A DNA stretch of 64,000 nucleotides from Tubulanus polymorphus. Lineage: Eukaryota > Animalia > Nemertea. The stretch lies in contig NC_134027.1 in assembly GCF_964204645.1 (NCBI RefSeq), positions 21,600,560 through 21,664,559 of the forward strand. The letters run 5' to 3'. The position numbers and the translations under genes are program-made. Under the pieces are notes generated by a model. That model made no database searches, was not told where the DNA came from, and worked only from the letters and a program-made list of their open reading frames with translations. Below, one piece after another: positions 8,735 through 19,034 of the stretch. Numbering within the stretch: the stretch's first letter is position 1; every line of letters starts with the position of its first letter.

Positions 8735-9862
8735 ATGAGAGGTAAAAAAACTCCTAATACTAAAGAACAATATTTAAGAAATTTATATTACAACCCTGAG
8801 AGTTCGGTTGCTTATTCTTCTATTAAAAATATATGGCGTAAAGTAAAACAAGATAAATTAGATAAGATAATCTCACAAAATTTAGTTAAATATAAAGATA
8901 AAAATGAATTTATGTTAGAACAACCAACGTATACAACACATAAAAAAATTGTTAGAAAATATAAAACTCGTAAAACTATGGTAAGTTATGTAGATCAACA
9001 GTGGCAAGGAGATTTAATTGATATGAAAAATGTTAAGAAAGATAATGATGATTATTGGTGGTTATTGAATATAATTGATATTTTTAGTCGTTATGTATGG
9101 AGCTTCCCACTTTATAGAAAAGATGCTGTACAAACATCAAATGTTTTAAGAAAATTTCTTTCGGATGATAAACTAAAACCAGAAAAAATACAATTTGATG
9201 ATGGAAAAGAATTTGATAATTCACTTGTTCATGAACTCTTAGATAATCATAATATTAAATATTTTTCAACAAAATCAGATAAAAAAGCAGCAGTTGTTGA
9301 ACGATTTAATAGAACATTAAGAACAAGAATGTGGAAATATTTTACAGCAAATAATACTTTTAAATGGATTGATGTTTTACCAAAATTGACAGAAGGATAT
9401 AATAATTCTTATCATTCTTCTATTGGAATGAAACCTATTGATGCTAGAAAATCTGAAAATGCTGAAATTGTTTGGAATAATTTATATGGAGCATTTCTTA
9501 TAGATGATTTTGGTGAACCTAAATTTAAAGTTGGTCAAAATGTTAGAATTTCTAAGTATAAAAAGATATTTGACAAAGGATACGATCGAAATTTTACTAG
9601 GGAAATATATAAAATAAAAAAGGTAATAACAACAAAACCATATGTCTATAAATTAGAAGATTTAGATGGTGAAGAAGTTGATGGCTACTTTTACGAAGAA
9701 GAATTAAGTTTAACTACTGAAAATCTAGAACAAGAATATAAAATTGAAAAAGTATTAAAAACAAAAACTATTAAAAGAAAAAAATATTCTTTAGTAAAAT
9801 GGGTTGGATGGCCAGATAAATTTAATGAATGGATATTATCAAGTAAAATTAAAAATATATAA
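8735..9862 (+). CDS. Retroviral-like (rve) integrase with C-terminal chromodomain
   Basis: DDE triad intact (WQGDLIDM, QFDDGKEF, VERFNRTL); YNNSYHSSIGMKP; chromodomain YKIEKVL...LVKWVGWPDKFNEWI. Confidence 0.95.
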   Translation: MRGKKTPNTKEQYLRNLYYNPESSVAYSSIKNIWRKVKQDKLDKIISQNLVKYKDKNEFMLEQPTYTTHKKIVRKYKTRKTMVSYVDQQWQGDLIDMKNVKKDNDDYWWLLNIIDIFSRYVWSFPLYRKDAVQTSNVLRKFLSDDKLKPEKIQFDDGKEFDNSLVHELLDNHNIKYFSTKSDKKAAVVERFNRTLRTRMWKYFTANNTFKWIDVLPKLTEGYNNSYHSSIGMKPIDARKSENAEIVWNNLYGAFLIDDFGEPKFKVGQNVRISKYKKIFDKGYDRNFTREIYKIKKVITTKPYVYKLEDLDGEEVDGYFYEEELSLTTENLEQEYKIEKVLKTKTIKRKKYSLVKWVGWPDKFNEWILSSKIKNI

Positions 9863-10471
9863 ATGAATAAGGAATTATTCATATTTGAGCCTCATAATAT
9901 GTTAATTTCTGGTGTAACAAATTGTGGAAAAACTTATTTTATATTACATTTATTAGAAACTGTTTATGAAAACTATTTTGATAATATAGTATTATTTTGT
10001 CCAACATATGAATTTAATCAAACTTATGATAAAAATATTACTAGGAATAATAAATTTATTATATTAGATCCTAAAACAGTAAAAGAAAATTTAGATAATT
10101 GTATAAAAATAGCAATTGATATTCATAAAGGATCAAATACATTATTTATCATAGATGATTGTGCTAATCTACATGATTCAAAAGTTAGAGAAAGTGAGTT
10201 ATGTTATTTAGCTTTTTCTGGCAGACATTTTGGGATAACAACTTGGGTTTTAAATCAAAAATATAATTCAATTGTTAAAGACTTTAGAGAAAACATTAGA
10301 TTTCTAGTTTTATTCTACAATAAAGATAGAAAATCGATGAAAAATGCACTTGAGGAAAATGATATTATTCCACATGATTTACATAATGAATATATGGATA
10401 AGTTGAAAAATATTAAAAGATCAAAATTACTATTTAGATTACAACACCCATTTAAATATGAATTTATTTAA
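9863..10471 (+). CDS. A32/FtsK-like genome packaging ATPase
   Basis: Walker A GVTNCGKT, Walker B LFIIDD, GRH..I....Q motif, R in FRENI. Confidence 0.92.
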   Translation: MNKELFIFEPHNMLISGVTNCGKTYFILHLLETVYENYFDNIVLFCPTYEFNQTYDKNITRNNKFIILDPKTVKENLDNCIKIAIDIHKGSNTLFIIDDCANLHDSKVRESELCYLAFSGRHFGITTWVLNQKYNSIVKDFRENIRFLVLFYNKDRKSMKNALEENDIIPHDLHNEYMDKLKNIKRSKLLFRLQHPFKYEFI

Positions 10472-10735
10472 ATTCAACTAGTTTGTTAATCTAGTTGAAT
10501 TCTAGTTGTTAGTAGTTGAAACAAAAATCAACTAGATTTAACAATATTTCAACTAGCTTGTTAATCTAGTTTAATTCTAGTTGAATTCTAGTTGTTAGTA
10601 GTTGAAACAAAAATCAACTAGAATGTAACTAGAAATAAACAAAAACAACAATATTTCAACTAGCTTGTTAATCTAGTTGAATTCTAGTTACATTCTAGTT
10701 GAATTCTAGTTGCAACAACACAACTAATTTGTTTG
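10472..10735. repeat. Intergenic array of short inverted/direct repeats (AACTAG/CTAGTT)
   Basis: Repeated CAACTAG(C/T)TTGTTAATCTAGTT, GAATTCTAGTT and GTAGTTGAAACAAAAATCAACTAG units. Confidence 0.85.
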
Positions 10736-10743
10736 TTATATAA

Positions 10744-11334
10744 ATGGGAGGTGAAAAGAAAATAAAATCTAAAAATGGTGATGTTCCAATTGAAAAAACT
10801 TTAGATGATTTAGGAATAACAGAAACAAAATTAACTCCAGATGATGGTGCTTTAAATAATGTTACAACAAATAATAATTATGAATATTATCTTTATTGTA
10901 AACATCAATTAGAAATATTAATAGCATCTGGAAAATGTAAAAATTTTGTCAGTAAAAATTTAACTTATAATGAATTAGATACAATGAAATCAGATGAAAT
11001 TATTAGATTATTTAAGATTTATGAATCCGCGAGAACAGCTAGAATTAATGACGCGATATCAGAAAATGTAGTAAAAGGTTATAGTAAATTATGTAATTAT
11101 ATACTACCAATTGAAGATGAAAATAGATTATATTCCGATTTAAAAAATGATTATTTAGTTATGACTGAATTAAATAAATGGATTGGATATTTATCATTTC
11201 AATTAGGTGGATTTATGACATTATTATCAACTGGAGTTATAACATTTTCAAATATTGAAAGTAAAAATATTTCTATAATAAATGAGCGAGGTGAAAGAAG
11301 TGAAGAAAAAACCGAGAACTCAGAAACAAATTGA
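10744..11334 (+). CDS. Hypothetical Polinton protein with C-terminal hydrophobic segment
   Basis: 196-aa ORF with TAAATG start; IGYLSFQLGGFMTLLSTGVITF. Confidence 0.7.
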   Translation: MGGEKKIKSKNGDVPIEKTLDDLGITETKLTPDDGALNNVTTNNNYEYYLYCKHQLEILIASGKCKNFVSKNLTYNELDTMKSDEIIRLFKIYESARTARINDAISENVVKGYSKLCNYILPIEDENRLYSDLKNDYLVMTELNKWIGYLSFQLGGFMTLLSTGVITFSNIESKNISIINERGERSEEKTENSETN

Positions 11335-11635
11335 ATGGTCTCGGCAATTAGGAATTAAATCACAAGAATATAAAAAAGCTGTAAAAGAAAAAATAAGTAA
11401 TAAAAATGTTAATAAAAATGGTGAAAATATTGTTATTTCTACTCCTTCTGATAGTAGAATATTTGACAAATATTTATATTTTACAGTTGGATTTGTAATT
11501 GTATTCATTTTGATTGGGTGTAATTGGTATAAGAAATCAAATAAAATTCATGATATTAGTAATTCTGAAACAACTGCTATTAAAAATGAAAATACTTTTG
11601 AAATTCCAAAATTAACAATAAAAAAAATGGATTAA
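11282..11635 (+). CDS. Small basic single-TM protein
   Basis: Basic N-terminus; YLYFTVGFVIVFILIGC TM; TAAATG start; overlaps the upstream ORF. Confidence 0.65.
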   Translation: MSEVKEVKKKPRTQKQIEWSRQLGIKSQEYKKAVKEKISNKNVNKNGENIVISTPSDSRIFDKYLYFTVGFVIVFILIGCNWYKKSNKIHDISNSETTAIKNENTFEIPKLTIKKMD

Positions 11636-11823
11636 TATTTTAGAAAAAAAGCAAAAAAAATAATTTTTTTTAATTAATTGAATATTAATTGAATATCTCA
11701 CTACTTTTGTCTATCACTGTGTGGGTGCTGTTTATGGCACCATCTATGCGGAGCAATTAAATTGTCCAGATAAGTCATTTCGGATTCTAGATATTCATTA
11801 TTTTTATTAATTTTTTTAAAAAT

Positions 11824-12150
11824 TTAATCAACAATTTCTAAATCATGATGACCGTCTTCATTTTTCCCATGATATATTATTTTAAATCCTACTAAATCTT
11901 TCAATTCCTCCATACTCAATGAAACCCATTTATCGGGTAAAAACACTTTAAATTCTCGTGATGTACTAACATTACAGTAGCTTAAATTCGCTGATACTTT
12001 CTCTCCATATTTAGTTTTTATCTTTTCTAATTTCAATATTTTATGTTCAATTTCTTTTGTAACATCAACTAACTTTTTTATTTCAAATTGTTTTTTTGCT
12101 GGTTTTATTCTGTTATTTATTGTTGCTAAGAATGCTTTTCTATCTCCCAT
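11824..12150 (-). CDS. Small protein, possibly OB-fold ssDNA-binding
   Basis: 108 aa; KIKTKYG..V.A.L...KVFLP beta-rich pattern; terminal position; TAAATG start. Confidence 0.5.
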   Translation of the reverse strand: MGDRKAFLATINNRIKPAKKQFEIKKLVDVTKEIEHKILKLEKIKTKYGEKVSANLSYCNVSTSREFKVFLPDKWVSLSMEELKDLVGFKIIYHGKNEDGHHDLEIVD

Positions 12151-12236
12151 TTATTAGGAAAAAAAATTACTTGTGGTGATGAGTGGTGTCTCGCCCTCTC
12201 GCCCTCTGATCTGAAAGCCTACTTATCTAATTACTG

Positions 12237-12860
12237 TTTCCAATAAAATCCCGTAGATTTCCCAGAAAGGCGGTTTCGTTATGGGCGATGGCGTTTATTT
12301 CAGTGATTGATTTTTTGGGGCACTTCATTCAATTCTTACCCGAACGTCGCCTTGGATTCATTCGCCTTTGATTCCCCGACAGTTGGCCATATATTACAAT
12401 GCGCACTCAGAAATATAAATATTTTGTTCGGTTCAAACTTTCGACATGGCGTTATAAAGTTTCCGGGCGTATTCTAGTTTTGCATCTTACCGTCATTTTC
12501 CCGATTTGCTTTCTATTAGTTATAATCGATGTAATTCTTATTCTAGCGACATCTTACCGTCGGGCTACTCGACGTTCAGAGCTCGGTGTAACTGATGAAT
12601 TGTCTCGAAGGGAAATGAGGGTTTTAAGGATGGTTTTATCAGTAGTTATGGTATTCATTATTTGCGAAGGGTTCCTGTTTTAGTGACCGTTTAATGAGCC
12701 TAGGATACATTCGTCGACTTAACACGATGAGGCTGATAGCGCTAGGATTTTCTATCATCGATTCTTCGGTAAACTTTATCGTGTATTGCGTTACGAATGT
12801 AAAACTCAGAAAAGAAGCATTTCATATCACAAGCTACGCGTCTGGAATCAGTGCGCTTCA
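12237..12860 (+). pseudogene. Rhodopsin-class (peptide receptor-like) GPCR, TM4-TM7, disrupted
   Basis: FPIKSRR (ICL2-like), TM5 VIFPICFLLVIIDVILI, RREMRVLRMVLSVVMVFIICE (TM6); after a frameshift, IDSSVNFIVYCVTNVKLRKE (TM7/helix 8); in-frame TGA near 12370. Confidence 0.8.
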
Positions 12861-15800
12861 ATGAATTATTCAATGATATTGTTTTCGAGCTGTAGAAGAG
12901 GCTAAAGAAGATGTTGTTCGGATCACTAAATCTATAACCGTCATATTTCATGATCCGTGAGCCTTTTCTTTATCATACAAGGGAGCTATCTCCCTGATAA
13001 CACAAACTATGGGGTACCCGCACCGCTACTGTGGCAATCGAGGATTCTACACGTATGGGAGGCGAGGATCCACCAGGTTCGCTAGTTGATAGTAGGTCTT
13101 CCGCATACGATTTACTTTACATTTAAATTAAAACTGAATGATCGTTTCTCTTAAATGAATCAATTATTAATGGAAATTATACCGAATATCTGGGAAAAAA
13201 GATTAATCTAATGTAGATTTGGTAGGTCCTGTGATAATATATGGATTCGGGAGTGATAGCTGGTGCTGTGGGTTCCTCATTAGATTGAAAGTACGAGAAA
13301 CAACCACATTGCATTACTTCTGTAAATTTCTTAATTTCTTGGACCGATCAGACGTCATCAGGGTCTAGTTAGATATCTGCATTAAAGCTGAAGGTTGTTC
13401 ACAGTAAACCCTTCGCATAAATTGGAACTGGCAGATTCAGCGAATTCCTAGTGAACGGATCCAAATGGGAAATCTGAAGCATCAGAAATCAGAACAAAAT
13501 ATCTATAGCTTTTTTCTCCACGTGCCTAACGACAGCTGAGCTGAAGCAACTGAATGCATGAATATCATTGATGCAAAATTGCATCTTATCGCGTACCATT
13601 ATTCAATAAGAATAACCTATACGTTACACCTCTAAGCTCTAGGTGATACTATTACGATGTGTTAGTGTTCGAGAAAATCGTTACATCATAACCAATTCGA
13701 ATGCCCCAAAAACCAAGCTGGTCGAAGAGTCATTCATATTTTTCGTCATGTAGGCACGGATCCGGGGGATGCCCACAATTTAAAACGTAAACTTAGATCC
13801 TATCTCGCCTCCGCCAACAACGGTATCCTCATTCTCCTGAACTTTCTAGCTTACTCTCATGAAATTTACGTACTTTATCAACTCTCATTTCCTTTCCCTT
13901 TGTTTCTTCATTAACCTTTCACTTTTACTGGGCGCTTGCAACAGCGGCCTCTAGGCTTCGCTTGGCCCATACTGAAAGCTTCTTTTCTCTCATTTTATAA
14001 GTGTGCTTCAAAAATTGTAAATTCAATTCAATTCTTTGTTTTTCTCTCAACCTTTGTGCAAAGCCTGTAATGCTTTCCGTGAAATAAATTTGAATTTGAA
14101 CGCGAACCCCCTCCAAAAAGTCAAGTTGAATTGAAATTATACAGGAAAATCAAAAATATCAAATTGTTACATAAAAACGGTAAAAAATTCTATATTTTCC
14201 TCTGTATTTCGAAAAAATGAGTTCATGTTCTCCGATGAGCTTTTTTCGGGTTGCCCTTTTAATTATATGATATGCCCTATTTGCACCCCTCCCTGAATCA
14301 GACTCTAGATCCATCCCCGTTACGAAGTTGTGACCATATTATAATGCCTCATACAGTCCTAAATACGATCGCATCAAAAACTATTTAACCAAGAACAGTT
14401 AAGCCTAAGTATATTTTTTAGCCTAAAGGATGTAAGAATTGGAAAGATACTGCTTAATAGTGGAGGGTCTCCATTGTCTTCTTTCTTGGATGATCCCAGA
14501 ATCCTTTACCCAAAAACAAGACCACAACAAAAATGTACACAATATGAGCTGCTGCCCTTTATTAACAAGAGAAGATCACTAGGCTTAAGGGGACTGCCCA
14601 AGCCCCGTACAAAAATACAATATCCTTCTTCAGCAACATCTAAATTAGAAATCATTTTTTAAAATCGAAAATCTTACATTAACACACATTAAAATTTCAT
14701 TTCTAATCCCAGATTTTTCTTACAGGTGCTGATTTCCCAGACCAGCCAGGTTTAATCTCATCCTTGTTTGCCCGGCCAAGGAACATCTGCATATTTTAAA
14801 ACAAATTCATGAACTAACCTAGCTTCTCTTCTGTCAGGAGAATTACAGCCTAGAATTTCGTACATGCACTACATTTTTGATCGATTTAAGATATTCGAAA
14901 ATGTACTAAATTCTCTCAGACTTTTACATTTTGTACTGTTGATAGGAAATGAACGTTGGAAGATTCTTCTCCAGTGAACAGTGTGCTTTATTCTTCTCTC
15001 CAGTTTCGTCTTCTGGTGTCTCTGATCTCTCTCTTAGATTTCAGGGACCCTCCTTATATTAGCCACTTGCCAGACTGCCAAATCAGCGAGCGTATTTGTC
15101 TAATTCTTGTTATGGCAATAGCAACCCGTTTTTTTTCTAATTCTTGTTATGGCAACCCAAAACTAAGGTTGTATTGAGTTCAAATAAATATAATTCTAAT
15201 ACGGGTTCAACCATAATTCAACGACGATAGGGTTCAACCACCGTTTGAAATAATGTAGTTGCTGTTACAATTTTTCTTTAATTGAATCTTATTGATTAAC
15301 TTCCCAATATACATATTATTATATATTTCCTAATATCCCCCTGGACTTAATATTTTCGCCCCGAGATATCGAGATGAGACAACCAGAACTCAGAGAACAA
15401 CCAGCGTCGATTGCACAATAATACAATGAAATTTGAAAGTTAAACGAGCCTAACCTGAAAGGTGAAGTTTGACTGGAATTCTATAGAGTGAGGTTATGGG
15501 TTGGAGATCAAATGAGATATAAGTTTCAAGAAGAAATACCATGAGGGAAAAGAAGTGAGTCACCACCCTTATACCAACTGCAGGGCTTCTAGTGGTCCTA
15601 TTTTCCTATTTTTTCCTATTTTTTAGTGCTTGTCCTATTTTGTCCTATTTTTATATGAAAAAGTCCTATTTGTCCTATTTTCTCTCATTTTCCAGCTCGT
15701 CGACGACTTTTTATCGACAAAAATGTTCTTTATATCTTTTCATATGATGTGAAACACCATTTTGAGTGTTTGGTAGAACCTGCAGCATTCATGTTCGGTA

Positions 15801-16128
15801 AGTTCTGGCTATACAACTTCTTTTCTAATCTTTATATCCTAACATGCCCAATGATTTTGTTCCAAATGTCACATGTTGCAGTGCAACTGGGCTTTGGCTA
15901 TATGAGGGTTACAAACCAGAGGTGGTCGAGAAGTCAATCTCTTTTCATCCAAACATTTCTTGATTATAATGCTAATTCTTTTGGGTCCGCCTCAGGTATA
16001 CATTGCCAAGTATCACCACAGGGATGCTCTGTTGAGATCTAGCTGTGTGCAGTGACAATACTGAAAGCAATTATGGATTGCTTTGATTGTTGCCACTGCT
16101 TTAAATATTGTAACCTTAGACAGGAACA

Positions 16129-18555
16129 ATGCCGAACCGGACCAAGTTCTCGGATTCATGGTTGATTGAAGATGATAAACAAGGACACAAAATAAATGAA
16201 TGGTGCCAACCAGTGAAAGGCGATATTTATAAGGCATATTGCTTTATATGTGAAAAAAAACTATCTATTGATAACCAGGGTTTAGGCCAACTAATACAAC
16301 ATGCTTCAAAAATGATGCATCAAAATAATAGCAAGATAAAACTGAACAAAAATCAGAAAAAACTTTTCCCGGTTGATAACACTTTAGAATGTGAAAGCTT
16401 AAGTGATAAGGTACTCAAGGCAGAAATAATATGGGCCATGTATGTGGCTGTAAATGACTACAGCTTCTTGTCATGCAACGATGTGTGTGAAACTTTCAGA
16501 TGCATCTTCAAAGATCCAGCTGTTATAAATGAAATGACGTTGTCAAATGGGAAAGTGTCTTATACGATAAGCGATGGAATAAGAATACAGTTGACAAATG
16601 AGTTGATGAATGATATTCAGGATTGTACTACTGGATATTGTGTTTCATACGATGAAACACCAAACAAGCAGAAACTGAACCAGTTGGATATATATGTGGG
16701 GTATTTTTCACCTATATCCAAGAAAATTGAAACTCGATTCATTAAGACGATAATGATGGGTCACAAAACAGCTGAAATGGTACTCGGGGAGCTTCTCGGT
16801 GCCATGAATGACTTCAACATTGACTTATCGAAAATCATAGCTTTGTGTAGTGATGGCCCAAATGTAAATATATCAACTTGGCGTAAGATGTCAGCAAAAG
16901 TAATAGAAAAGGGCGGAAAGATGATAGATGTTGGATCATGCAGCCTCCATATGGTTCATAATGCGTTTAGAAAAGGCTTAGCATCTTTTGGCGCTGACAT
17001 AGAAGAGTTTGCAGGAGATATACACACATTCTTCAAGTATGCCACAAGGCGACAAGATTATGCAGTGTTCCAGCGAAAGGTTGGTGTAAAGGAAAATACA
17101 TTCCTCAAACATGTTGATTCGCGTTGGTTGACACTAATTCCAGCACTCTGTAGAATCAGCGAACAGTTTCCAGCTTTGAAGGCATATTTTGGTGATCTCA
17201 AAAAGAATACTAAGAATGATGATTCTCAATCTGCATGTTGTAAACGAATACAGAAGGTACTACTCGACGTAACTGTTCCTGTGAAGATACAATTTATCCT
17301 AGATATCGGTAATATGTTTCAACGGTATGAAACTCTTTTCCAAAAGCGTGAACCGATGATTCACATTTTGTATACAGAAATGTGCGAGTTAATGCATAAA
17401 ATATTGTTACGCTTTATTAAGCCTGATTCTCTCCCAGAAAAGACTGGAGCAAAGTTGCTGGCTGCTGATATTGAAAAATGTGAGCAGCTCTCTGATGCTT
17501 GTTTAGTGGTTTGTAAGCTCACCAAGGATAAACTTGCTGTTCTAGATTCTTCGAAACAAAAACTGATAATAAAAGGCATTCGGGCATTCTATGTTAAAAT
17601 AGCATCATATCTCCAACAGAAACTTCCCCTTGGAAATAATTTCCTACGAAACGTGAGGTGTTTACAACCGGAACGTCGGTCTGTTCATCGATTTGGGTTG
17701 TCAATTAAGGCTCTGGCGGTTGATCTGCCGACTATCATACCTGCATCACAAGTCTCCACAGTTGTAGACGAATGGAAGATATATAGCAATGACTTGCTTG
17801 AAGATGATTGGTATAAAGACTCAGATGGAATAAGGTTACGAATTGATAAAGCATGGGAGAAAATATTTGTTCGCCAGACTGCTTCTGGTGATAGCAAATA
17901 TACTGTCCTGCCCAAATTGGTAATGGCATGCCTTACTATATCTCATGGTAGTGCTGAGGTTGAAAGAGGGTTCTCTGCCAATTCACGCACCATTACTGGT
18001 TCAAGGGCAAGTCTTGAAGTTGAAGCAATTACAGGTTTGAGAATGATCAAGGACAAATTAAAGACCACTGGACAGAAGCCATGTGAAATGACATTATCAC
18101 CTGAGCTACTATCATGCTGTAGACGGTCTTATAAAAACTATACAGAGAGACTTAAGAAAGAGAAAGAGATGGCTGAAAAGGCAAATAAGAAAGCTCTAGA
18201 AGATAGAAAAAGAGCCGAGGAGGCAAAGCAGGTAGAGACAGAATATGAAAATACAAGAAAAATCCTTGAAACTAGAAAATTAGAGTTGTTGGAAGTTGAT
18301 CATTCATCCATGGAATCAATGACGACAAATAAACAACTACTCATGGAAGGCAATGAAAAATTGGCCAAAGCTATCAAGGAAAAGGACCTTACACAAATCA
18401 AAGTTGCACAGTGCATGATTGAGGTGGCACACAATAAATTTGATAAACTTGAGAAGGAAATGAAAGACAATCGACAGAGAATAGGTGAAATTGAGAAAAG
18501 GAAGAGAAAATTAAATGATGACCATGCTGAAACCATGAAAAAGCTAAAATGTTAA
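16129..18555 (+). CDS. hAT-like transposase, intact 808 aa
   Basis: BED-like finger (CFIC..H....H), VSYDET, SDGPNVN, CSLH, SRWL, AEVERGFS, C-terminal coiled coil. Confidence 0.9.
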   Translation: MPNRTKFSDSWLIEDDKQGHKINEWCQPVKGDIYKAYCFICEKKLSIDNQGLGQLIQHASKMMHQNNSKIKLNKNQKKLFPVDNTLECESLSDKVLKAEIIWAMYVAVNDYSFLSCNDVCETFRCIFKDPAVINEMTLSNGKVSYTISDGIRIQLTNELMNDIQDCTTGYCVSYDETPNKQKLNQLDIYVGYFSPISKKIETRFIKTIMMGHKTAEMVLGELLGAMNDFNIDLSKIIALCSDGPNVNISTWRKMSAKVIEKGGKMIDVGSCSLHMVHNAFRKGLASFGADIEEFAGDIHTFFKYATRRQDYAVFQRKVGVKENTFLKHVDSRWLTLIPALCRISEQFPALKAYFGDLKKNTKNDDSQSACCKRIQKVLLDVTVPVKIQFILDIGNMFQRYETLFQKREPMIHILYTEMCELMHKILLRFIKPDSLPEKTGAKLLAADIEKCEQLSDACLVVCKLTKDKLAVLDSSKQKLIIKGIRAFYVKIASYLQQKLPLGNNFLRNVRCLQPERRSVHRFGLSIKALAVDLPTIIPASQVSTVVDEWKIYSNDLLEDDWYKDSDGIRLRIDKAWEKIFVRQTASGDSKYTVLPKLVMACLTISHGSAEVERGFSANSRTITGSRASLEVEAITGLRMIKDKLKTTGQKPCEMTLSPELLSCCRRSYKNYTERLKKEKEMAEKANKKALEDRKRAEEAKQVETEYENTRKILETRKLELLEVDHSSMESMTTNKQLLMEGNEKLAKAIKEKDLTQIKVAQCMIEVAHNKFDKLEKEMKDNRQRIGEIEKRKRKLNDDHAETMKKLKC

Positions 18556-18830
18556 GATATGAACGGTGTGTAGACACATTCATCGTTGTACTGTATAAGC
18601 CCTTGGTCATTGTTCTTTTATTAAAGTGTAATTTTGTCTTATAGTTAAGTGAAATTAATCATTTTGTACTATTTACCAGTTTCATGGTGTTTTAAAACAG
18701 TTTTGAAAAAACATAATGCACCATCAGTGTTTAGTTTGTTATGATATAGTTTGTAGTGTTGCGAGTTAATAATGTTTATATAATGTTTATAAGTTCATGA
18801 AAAGTTTAGCATTATGTTTGTAAGTTTATA

Positions 18831-19034
18831 CAGTGTAACCTCGATATAACGAACTCCATGGGACCTACGAGCAATCATATGATTGCTCGTAGATGGGACT
18901 GAAATCTATGTTCGCTATTTAACCGATAGTTCGTTATGTCAGGTGATAATTGTAATAAATCCACCAATCGGGACAAAATATATAGTTAACTGATAAATCG
19001 TTATATCAGGGTTCGTTATAACGAGGTTCCACTG
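18831..19034. mobile_element. pogo/Tigger-like MITE nested in the hAT element
   Basis: TIRs CAGTGTAACCTCGATATAACGAAC / GTTCGTTATAACGAGGTTCCACTG; TA on both sides. Confidence 0.85.
18865..18892. repeat. Perfect 28-bp palindrome flanked by a 7-bp direct repeat
   Basis: ATGGGAC-CTACGAGCAATCATATGATTGCTCGTAG-ATGGGAC. Confidence 0.9.

Larger units (their letters stand above)
1..12235 (+). mobile_element. Polinton/Maverick (adintovirus-like) endogenous virus, right portion; left end lies outside the window
   Basis: Compact, intronless, very AT-rich gene array with pPolB, rve integrase, packaging ATPase and capsid-like ORFs. Candidate terminus ...CTAATTACT at 12235 (reverse complement starts AGT, as in Polinton ends), followed by an abrupt switch to a host GPCR reading frame. 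Confidence 0.93.

Noticed and set aside
3407-11508. Short minus-strand ORFs (3407, 4068, 5849, 6503, 6920, 9691, 11320)
   Set aside because: Antisense shadows of real genes, with no motifs of their own.
11735-11780. SECIS element or hammerhead ribozyme in the structured island
   Set aside because: No correctly placed GA quartet partner, no CUGAUGA/GAAA core, and no in-frame UGA in the neighbouring ORFs.
1-12235. Bacteriophage or contaminant contig
   Set aside because: The rve integrase with chromodomain and the gene set are Polinton-type, and the element joins directly to a eukaryotic GPCR pseudogene.
12900-15570. Short ORFs between the GPCR remnant and the hAT element
   Set aside because: No recognisable motifs or coding signal; left unannotated.
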